Program-made: the position numbers and the translations under genes
In this document: one piece after another, positions 54,355 through 64,000 of the stretch
Layout of the letters: every line of letters begins with the position of its first letter
Position numbering within the stretch: the first letter of the stretch is position 1
Origin: Eledone cirrhosa
Lineage: Eukaryota
Reading direction: 5' to 3'
DNA length: 64,000 bases
Assembly: GCA_964016885.1 (NCBI GenBank)
Contig: CAXHJY010001352.1
Coordinates: 1 to 64,000 of the forward strand
Notes under the pieces: generated by a model
The model's input: only the letters and a program-made list of their open reading frames with translations
Told to the model about the DNA's origin: nothing
Databases searched by the model: none

Positions 54355-55699
54355 TAATAATAATGTTAATATATATTGATGAACATTTATTAAGGTGAAA
54401 TATGTTGGAAATCATTCTCAGGGGTTTTGTATTGTAATTAACAAATACAGCCTGTAGAAAGTGCCCCTTCATATTATTTGTCATTAAGGGCTCCTACAGA
54501 GATACAATCTCATTTCATTGTTGAGGATGGTGGATTTGCAGAATCAGTAGAGTGTCAGATGATATGCTTTGTGTCATACTGTTACAGCCCTTTATGTTCT
54601 GGGTTTAAATCATGCCATGGTCAACTTTGACTTTCATCCATTCAAGGTTGATAAAAAACAGTAACAGTAATGCACTGGTCCTGATTTAATTGGCATTCCC
54701 CTTTCTCTTTAAATTTCTGGCCTTGAATCAAAAGTAGAAACGTTTATTTAAAGTCTATAAAACAATAGATAGAATGCTTTCTGCCATATTTATCCTGGTT
54801 CTCTGCTCTGAGTTTAAATCCTGCTGAGGTCAACTTTCTGTTCTCCATTCAAGGTTGATAAATAACAATACCAGTCTACCATTGGGGTCTGTTCTTCCTC
54901 TCTATATTTCTATCTCAGTTCCGCCCTCTTATTCTCTCTCCTTCTCTGGAAGAAATCAACTGTTCAAACCTGGAGAGTGAAGGGCTCCACCAAGCTTCAA
55001 ATGTCCACAGTGACACCCCTATGACTACATCATTTAAAAAAAAAACATCGATGTGTTTGTATATGTTTATTCTTTATACAAAATATCCACATGTGTAAAT
55101 AAAAACATTTGCATAACTTTAATATTTGTTGGATGGTACTTTCATGACAGTTGAAATTTTGACTTTTTAAAAAAATAATTCACATATGAAAATACTTTAC
55201 AACTTTCTTCTCTTACACACTTTCTTCATACTACACACCACACCACAACACAACAGACACATACAAGCCAGGTAGTTATACCAATCCAGTATCTTTAATT
55301 TAGTGATTTTTTTGTAATAAATAATCTCATCTCAGTTCTTACCAAGTGGAGTGTAACTCATCAGATTGGACCAAGGAAACAATGTTTCCATTGGTCTTTC
55401 CAATTGATGATATTGAATCAGATTAGAAAGAAAGAAAAAAAAAAATAGAATATATTTATTTGCCGTTGTGTTGCCAAACGATGCCAAAAGCCATTGACCT
55501 GCATCTTTGGTCAAGAAGGCCATTGGAGCGTCACTCAGAGAAGCTGATACAGCAGCCAGCTTGACAGCCGATATAGGTAGCACCAACAATTATCACTACC
55601 ATTAACAAGAGGAAGGCAGTGATAGCAGCGGTTACATTAACAACAACAACAACAACATGTGTTTACACCAACAACTTACCAGCAAACACTACTAGTACC

Positions 55700-56226
55700 A
55701 TTAACTAATTCTCTCCAATGATTTCAGTTGGTGACAACTTGTTGACATCCATGCCAGCTGATGTTGACAGTTTGTGGGTCATTTTGGAATGTGATCCACC
55801 AGGTCATCTTCGGTCGGCCTCTTTTCCACTTGCCTTCAAGGGGAATCCATGTCATCGCTGTTTTGGACAGGTGATCTGGGAGGTGCAGAATGTGACCTGT
55901 AAAATGGAACCAACATTCCATGATGATCTGCAGTGTATGTGACCCTGCTCTCCACAGGATCTCACCAGCTGACCTTTAGAATCTTATGCAGGCTCTTTTA
56001 ATGGAAGGTTTTTAGACACCAATCCATCTTCACAGTGTGTTTCCATTTTTTACAGTCAGAGACGGGCTTAGGAAGTACAACGCTAGTGTACAAGTGCAGC
56101 TTGAAATACAAGCTGGGGCTCTGTTTGACCAGATGGAGTGCATCCATTGGAACACCGCAGTCACCTTTACAACCCTGCAGTTGATGTTCAGCTCAAAGTT
56201 GCCACTGTGGCTCAGGATACTGCCAA
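55700..56226 (-). mobile_element. Decayed RTE-like LINE 3' fragment
   Basis: WHFTGHILHL...TWIPLEGKWKRGRPKMTW. Confidence 0.7.
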
Positions 56227-56237
56227 GTGTGTATAGA

Positions 56238-56255
56238 AGATATATATGTATATTG

Positions 56256-56291
<36 letters not shown>

Positions 56292-56885
56292 ATATATATT
56301 ATATATATATATATATTATATATATATATATTATATAAATATATATATATATCTTGTATATATATATATATATTATATATATATATATATTATATATATA
56401 TATTATATAAATATATATATATATATCTTGCAATATTAAATAAATGGAAAACTATATTTATAAAACCATATTTATTTCATTATATATATTTCGGGGATAT
56501 CATATTAACAATATGCTATGCCTTCATCAGACAAAATACAATATAAACAGTTTTATAGATAAATATATTCGACATACCGTAATAAACATCAACTTCATTT
56601 GGAGAGGTTTACGCCTTGTATATATATATATATATTGTATATATATATATATTATATATATATATATATTGTATATATATATATATATTGTATATATATA
56701 TATATATTGTATATATATATATATTGTATATATATATATATATTGTATATATATATATATATTGTATATATATATATATATTGTATATATATATATATTG
56801 TATATATATATATATATTATATATATATATATATTATATATATATATATATTATATATATATATATTATATATATATATATATTG

Positions 56886-56918
<33 letters not shown>

Positions 56919-56984
56919 GTATATATATATATATTGTATATATATTATATATATATATTGTATATATATTATATATATATCTTG

Positions 56985-57016
<32 letters not shown>

Positions 57017-57147
57017 ATATATATCTTGTATATATATATATATATTGTATATATATACAATATATATATATATATATATTGTATATATATATATATATAT
57101 ATACAATATATATATATACAATATATATATATATACAATATATATAT

Positions 57148-57208
<61 letters not shown>

Positions 57209-57892
57209 TGTATATATATATATATTATATATATATATATATATATATCTTGTATATATATATATATATTATATATATATATATATCTTGTATATATATA
57301 TATATATATATATCTTGTATATATATATATATTATATATATATATATATCTTGTATATATATATATATATTATATATATATATATATATATCTTGTATAT
57401 ATATATATATTATATATATATATATATATCTTGTATATATATATATATATATTATATATATATATTTATATCTTGTATATATATTGTATATATATATATA
57501 TATATATATTGTATATATATATATACATATTGTATATATGTATATATATATATATATATATTGTATATATATATATACATCTTGTATATATATATATATA
57601 TTATATATATATATATATTGTATATATATATATATATATTGTATATATATATATACATCTTGTATATATATATATTATATATATATATATCTTGTATATA
57701 TATATATTATATATATATATATCTTGTATATATATATATTATATATATATATATCTTGTATATATATATATTATATATATATATATCTTGTATATATATA
57801 TATTATATATATATATATATATCTTGTATATATATATATATATATATCTTGTATATATATATATTTATATATATCTTGTATATATATATATA
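56238..57892. repeat. (TA)n microsatellite punctuated by TTG/CTTG, with a short unique island at ~56430-56615
   Basis: Direct reading. Confidence 0.92.
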
Positions 57893-57981
57893 ACTCTTGC
57901 CTCAAGTGGGAAAACCCCCGTCCAAACCCATGCAAGCGTGGAACACGGACGCTAAACCTGATGATGATGATGATGATGATG
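57893..57981 (+). mobile_element. RTE-B terminal 3' fragment
   Basis: Matches 32465-32552. Confidence 0.8.
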
Positions 57982-57994
57982 ATATATATATATA

Positions 57995-58430
57995 TTCTCC
58001 AACAGACCAGTGTCTGTCCTTAGGGCATCAACATATGTTAACCTTGGTCTTCCTCTTCTAGTGTGTCCATGTAGGGGCTCCCAAAGGAGCACTGAGTGCA
58101 ATGTCAACTCTGGATGTCGGTGAGTATGTCCAGTTAACCTCAGTCTCCTCTGTGTCACTTTTGAACTGATTTTTGGGAGGCTCCCATACAGCTCTGAGTT
58201 TTTCATCCTCAGTGTATACTGATTAATGTTCAGAGCCATCCTCAGCATTCTCGTGTAGCACCCACCCACCATCTGAGTGAGTCTCTTGGTCAGTGTCCAA
58301 GTCTCAGACCCATACAGCAGCACAGACTCCACTACACCAATATGGCAGCGATAATGAGGGACAGAGACCGCTGGAGAGAACTCGTCTATGGATCTCGGGA
58401 ATTTTACCCGCCTTAGATAGATAGATAGAT
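57995..58430. mobile_element. RTE-like LINE 3' end with 5' inversion and (TAGA)n tail
   Basis: 57995-58335 minus strand reads VESVLLYGSETW...RGRPRLTYVDALRTDTGLLE; 58336-58430 plus strand reads MAAIMRDRDRWRELVYGSREFYPP* then (TAGA)n. Confidence 0.8.
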
Positions 58431-58733
58431 ATATATATATATTGTATATATATATATTTATATATATCTTGTATATATATATATATATTGTATATATATA
58501 TATATATATCTTGTATATATATATATATATATCTTGTATATATATATATATATATATATATATTGTATATATATATATATATTGTATATATATATATTTA
58601 TTGTATATATATATATATATATTTATTGTATATATATATATACATATTGTATATATATATATATATATATATTGTATATATATATATATATATATTGTAT
58701 ATATATATACAATATATATATATATATATATAT

Positions 58734-58780
<47 letters not shown>

Positions 58781-58879
58781 TATATATTAGTGTATCGATA
58801 ATTGATCGACATTAGTGAAATTGGACCAAGAAAACAATGTTTCCATTGGTCTTTCCAATTGCTAATACTATCTGTCAGT

Positions 58880-59010
58880 CACAACTCCAGGTAGAAGGAG
58901 CAACGTGAAATAAAGTGTCTTGCTCAAGGACAACGCATCACCCAGTCCGGGAATCAATCTCACAACCGCACGATTGCGAATCCAACTCTCTAACCACTCA
59001 GCCACACACC
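58880..59010 (-). mobile_element. CORE-type SINE head fragment
   Basis: gtgaaataaagtgtcttgctcaagg...ctctaaccactcagccac. Confidence 0.7.
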
Positions 59011-59104
59011 TGTATATAGGGTATATATTAGTTGTGATGGCACTGGCACCAAGTTATATCAGCCATTGACCTCACTTTGGATAACATCATATATTGTATG
59101 TAGA

Positions 59105-59160
<56 letters not shown>

Positions 59161-59167
<7 letters not shown>

Positions 59168-59480
59168 AATTGTGTAATCTTGAGATTTATTACATAATCA
59201 CACACAAGAAGAAATTGCTTAATAACAGAATTGAACGAACATTATTCTGCCGTCACCGAACTAAAACCCTTTTTTTTTCCCACTACAAGCTGAATATTAC
59301 ATAAAAGAGGGACATCCCCCCAACTATATAAACCTCAATCTAGTTAGAAAACTATAAAACCAGTCTCTTCTCAACATATATATGTATATTAATAACCTTA
59401 AATTACCACACTAACAATGGATAGATAGGCTGATGAGAATAGGTGCGAATATGCTATAATGAATGTGTCTAAAAGCGACC
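59161..59480 (+). mobile_element. Penelope-like element 3' ORF end with a degenerate hammerhead box
   Basis: 59161-59304 reads ICKLCNLEIYYIITHKKKLLNNRIERTLFCRHRTK..*, resembling the CxLCxxE...LLNxRxE...CRH C-terminus of PLE proteins; CTGATGA at 59430. Confidence 0.6.
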
Positions 59481-59578
59481 ATATGTATGTATATATGTGT
59501 GAAAATGTATATAAATAAGTAAATATATATATATGTTTGATGTGTATAGTTAATGTATGTGTATTCATGTATTAACGT

Positions 59579-59619
<41 letters not shown>

Positions 59620-59934
59620 GACAGGAGTATGTATGTATATATGTGTGTGTCTATACGTGTGTATATAAAGATAAGTCTGAGTATGAAAATGTATACACAT
59701 GAATGCGTATGTATGTACATATATATATGTATATATATGTATATATATATATGTGCATGTATATATGTATGTAAGTATGAGCATGTAAGTATGTGTATGT
59801 GAGTATATGTATTTTGTAGAGGTGTGCATATATGTTTGTGTGTGAATGCGTGGGCGAAATGATACGTACACTTGAAAGAAAAATTTAAGTCTGAATGTTA
59901 ATTAAGTGCAAACACAAAACCAACCACGCATATC

Positions 59935-60410
59935 TTTACTATCTCTAATCCTTCTATAGATTTAGAAAAATAACCAATAATATATTCTATAAAAATGTCA
60001 AAACAACAGATGGGAATCTAATTACTCACTGCCACCAAAAATTCTCACTGCTATCGAAAAACCACTCCTTCAACTATTCTTCTAACAACTTCACCCCTCC
60101 CTCCTAATATTCTCTATAAAAACCAAACAGGTTCTCAATAAAATTATTCTGATGAAATGACAGTTGATAATAACATTGAAATATTGAATGTCTGCATAAC
60201 TAATACTTTGTAGATAATAGCTGTTTTCAGGGTATGTAACTGTTATTGAAACACGTGTCAATAAATTCATTTTAACTGAACTGTATCCATTTAAACCCTT
60301 CTATTTTCTCCGGATTACTTTTGAAACTACAACTGGAACCGTCGAGCAAACTCTACATGAGCTGTCCATCTACTGTGTGTAATATTCATATTACAACACT
60401 ACGGAAAATA
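59935..60410 (+). mobile_element. Second, more decayed Penelope-like pLTR fragment with hammerhead-like motif
   Basis: att-CTGATGA-aatg..catt-GAAA-tat-TG-aat at 60146-60189; downstream AATAAA. Confidence 0.4.
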
Positions 60411-60411
60411 C

Positions 60412-60657
<246 letters not shown>

Positions 60658-60704
60658 CACCAAATTGTGTATGGTGGAAATGGTATATATTTTATTTCCT
60701 AATA

Positions 60705-61040
60705 AGGCACATGGCTTAGTGGTTACAGCATTGGCCTTGCAATCGAAAGGTTGTGAGTTCAATTCTCAGACCGGGTGATGTGTTGTTTCCTTGAGCAAGA
60801 CACTTTATTTCACATTGCTCCAGTTTACTCAGCTGTAGAAATGAGATGATAGGGACTGGGTCTATATCATTCCACTGCATAGTGGCCGTGGAGGTGCCAC
60901 GGCAAAAAAGCACCCAGCACTCACTGTAAATGAGGTTGGTGTTAGGAAGGGCATCCAGCCGTAGAAATCGAGCCATAATCAGTTCCCGTCCCACCCTTGC
61001 AAGCAGGGAAAAGCGGACGTAAAATGATGATGATGATGAT
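60705..61040 (+). mobile_element. CORE-type SINE family 1
   Basis: Homologous to 38181-38568; gttcaattc B-box; (ATG)n tail. Confidence 0.88.
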
Positions 61041-61054
61041 ATATATATATTGGT

Positions 61055-61352
61055 AGAAATTCCAGAAAACATAACCGAGATCCTCTCAGGGAAATAGCCT
61101 TGTCCAGTATGTTGGAAAGGCATTGGTAGACATTCCATCCTCTGCCCCATATGGAGACTCAGCTGTTGGAAGCCTTGGAGCGGGGACACCTTGGAAGACC
61201 TGGGGTGAGGTGATACAAGCTGACCTTGCCCAATTGTACCTCTCAGAGGAGATGACACGTGGCCGGGATCTCTGGCGATGTGCAGTAATACAGAAGACCC
61301 GACTTCCCAGGAACACAAGCTGAAGCATATGTACAGCATGCCCCCCCCCCTC
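61055..61352 (+). mobile_element. Internally deleted RTE-A 3' fragment leading into the minisatellite
   Basis: PHD-region remnant joined to KTWGEVIQADLAQL..., then the start of the 3' UTR with its poly-C run. Confidence 0.8.
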
Positions 61353-64000
61353 CCAGCCCACACTGTAATGTGGACATGTGAAAGACACAGCAAGAAGCAC
61401 CTAGCCCACACTGTAAAGTGGACATGTGAAAGACACAGCAAAAACCATCCAGCCCATGCTGTAAAGTGAACATGTGAAAGACACAGCAAAAAGCACCCAG
61501 CCCATGCTGTAAAGTGGACATGTGAAAGACACAGCAAAAAGCACCTAGCCCATGCTGTAAAGTGGACATGTGAAAGACACATCAAAAAGCACCCAGCCCA
61601 TGATGTACAGTGGACATGTGAAAGACACAGCAAAAAGCATCCAGCCCATGCTGTAAAGTGGACATGTGAAAGACACAGCAAAAAGTACCCAGCCCATGCT
61701 GTAAAGTGGACGTGTGAAAGACACAGCAAAAAGCACCGAGCCCATGCTGTAAAGTGGACATGTGAAAGACACAGCAAAAAGCACCCAACCCATGCTGTAA
61801 AGTGGACATGTGAAAGACAGCAAAAAGCATCCAGCCCATGCTGTAAAGTGGACATGTGAAAGACACAGCAAAAAGCATCCAGCCCATGCTGTAAAGTCGA
61901 CATGCCAAAGACACAGCAAAAAGCACCCAGCCCATGCTGTAAAGTGGACATGTGAAAGACACACCAAAAAGCACCCAGCCCACATTGTAAAGGGGGCATG
62001 TGAAAGACACAGCAAAAAGCACCCAGCCCATGCTGTAAAGTGGACATGTGAAAGACACAGCAAAAAGCACCCAGCCCATGATGTAAAGTGGACATGTGAA
62101 AGACACAGCAAAAAGCACCCAGCCCACATTGTAAAGTGGACATGTGAAAGACACAGCAAAAAGCACCCAGCCCATGCTGTAAAGTGGACATGTGAAAGAC
62201 ACAGCAAAAAGCACCCAGCCCATGCTGTAAAGTGGACATGTGAAAGACACAGCAAAAAGCATCCAGCCCATGCTGTAAAGTGGACATGTGAAAGACACAG
62301 CAAAAAGCACCCAGCCCATGCTGTAAAGTGGACGTGTGAAAGACACAGCAAAATCACCCAGCCCATGCTGTAAAGTGGATGTGTGAAAGACACAGCAAAA
62401 AGCACCCAGCCCATGCTGTAAAGTGGACACTGAAAGACACAACAAAAAGCACCCAGCCCATGCTGTAAAGTGGACGTGTGAAAGACACAGCAAAAAGCAC
62501 CCAGCCCATGCTGTAAAGTGGACGTGTGAAAGACACAGCAAAAAGCATCCAGCCCATGCTGTAAAGTGGACACGTGAAAGACACAGCAAAAAGCACCCAG
62601 CCCATGCTGTAAAGTGGACATGTGAAAGACACAGCAAAACGCACCCAGCCCATGCTGTAAAGTGGACGTGTGAAAGACACAGCAAAAAGCACCTAGTCCA
62701 TGCTGTAAAGTGGACATGTGAAAGACACAGCAAAAAGCACCCAGCCCATGCTGTAAAGTAGACACGTGAAAGACACAGCAAAACGCACCTAGCCCATGCT
62801 GTAAAGTGGACGTGAGAAAGACATGGCAAAAAGCACCCAGCCCATGCTGTAAAGTGGACGTGAGAAAGACATGGCAAAAAGCACCCAGCCCATGCTGTAA
62901 AGTGGATGTGTGTAAGACACAGCAAAAAGCACCCAGCCCATGCTGTAAAGTGGACGTGTGAAAGACATGGCAAAAAGCACCCAGCCCATGCTGTAAAGTG
63001 GACATGTGAAAGACACAGCAAAAAGCACCCAGCCCATGCTGTAAAGTGGACGTGTGAAAGACACAGCAAAATCACCCAGCCCATGCTGTAAAGTGGATGT
63101 GTGAAAGACACAGCAAAAAGCACCCAGCCCATGCTGTAAAGTGGACACTGAAAGACACAACAAAAAGCACCCAGCCCATGCTGTAAAGTGGACGTGTGAA
63201 AGACACAGCAAAAAGCATCCAGCCCATGCTGTAAAGTGGACGTGTGAAAGACACAGCAAAAAGCATCCAGCCCATGCTGTAAAGTGGACACGTGAAAGAC
63301 ACAGCAAAAAGCACCCAGCCCATGCTGTAAAGTGGATGTGTGAAAGACACAGCAAAAAGCACCCAGCCCATGCTGTAAAGTAGACACGTGAAAGACACAG
63401 CAAAACGCACCCAGCCCATGCTGTAAAGTGGACGTGTGAAAGACACAGCAAAAAGCACCCAGCCCATGCTGTAAAGTGGACATGTGAAAGACACAGCAAA
63501 ACGCACCCAGCCCATGCTGTAAAGTGGACGTGTGAAAGACACAGCAAAAAGCACCCAGCCCATGCTGTAAAGTGGACATGTGAAAGACACAGCAAAACGC
63601 ACCCAGCCCATGCTGTAAAGTGGACGTGTGAAAGACACAGCAAAAAGCACCTAGTCCATGCTGTAAAGTGGACATGTGAAAGACACAGCAAAAAGCACCC
63701 AGCCCATGCTGTAAAGTAGACACGTGAAAGACACAGCAAAACGCACCCAGCCCATGCTGTAAAGTGGACGTGTGAAAGACACAGCAAAAAGCACCCAGCC
63801 CATGCTGTAAAGTGGATGTGTGAAAGACACACCAAAAAGCACCTAGTCCATGCTGTAAAGTGGACATGTGAAAGACACAGCAAAAAGCACCCAGCCCATG
63901 ATGTAAAGTGGACGTGAGAAAGACATGGCAAAAAGCACCCAGCCCATGCTGTAAAGTGGATGTGTGTAAGACACAGCAAAAAGCACCCAGCCCATGCTGT
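61353..64000 (+). repeat. 48-bp minisatellite (about 55 copies, runs off the window), derived from the RTE 3' UTR
   Basis: Unit agcccatgctgtaaagtggacatgtgaaagacacagcaaaaagcaccc; compare 24290-24345. Confidence 0.95.

Larger units (their letters stand above)
49995..55212 (+). other. Segmental duplication unit B
   Basis: Collinear with 38930-44025 apart from unit-specific insertions. Confidence 0.9.

Noticed and set aside
60716-63979. Long ORFs with 16-aa repeats (MSTLQHGLGAFCCVFH and other frames)
   Set aside because: By-product of a stop-poor 48-bp minisatellite; open in several frames with random frameshifts
61353-64000. CRISPR-like regular repeats
   Set aside because: Units are contiguous with no unique spacers, no cas genes, eukaryotic context; the same applies to the 505-bp array

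Overview
AT-rich, repeat-dominated animal DNA, most likely an octopus/coleoid cephalopod (inferred from TGEKP-linked C2H2 zinc-finger paralogues, tRNA-derived CORE-type SINEs, RTE LINEs with (ATG)n tails and kilobase-scale (TA/CA)n microsatellites). Host genes: a ~5.3 kb intronless, frameshifted minus-strand gene for a multi-beta-propeller plus coiled-coil protein (168-5476), and two duplicated C2H2-ZNF units (exons at ~41.6 kb and ~52.5 kb), both carrying lesions. Mobile elements: a Tx1/L1-type LINE (~11.3-15.8 kb), two intact ~99% identical RTE LINEs in convergent orientation (ORFs 21107-24226 and 35020-38139), many decayed RTE copies, two SINE families, a non-autonomous Helitron-like family and Penelope-like remnants. 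Most notable: (1) the RTE reverse transcriptase carries a PHD-type finger inserted inside the RT domain; (2) one RTE copy appears to have inserted together with a 3.7 kb array of ~505-bp monomers at its 5' end; (3) two long fold-back palindromes whose arms carry minimal hammerhead-like motifs with a U3-A8 core; (4) a Helitron with a folded-back 3' end lies ~1 kb upstream of each ZNF exon; (5) a 48-bp minisatellite derived from the LINE 3' UTR. All calls come from reading the sequence; no database searches were run.
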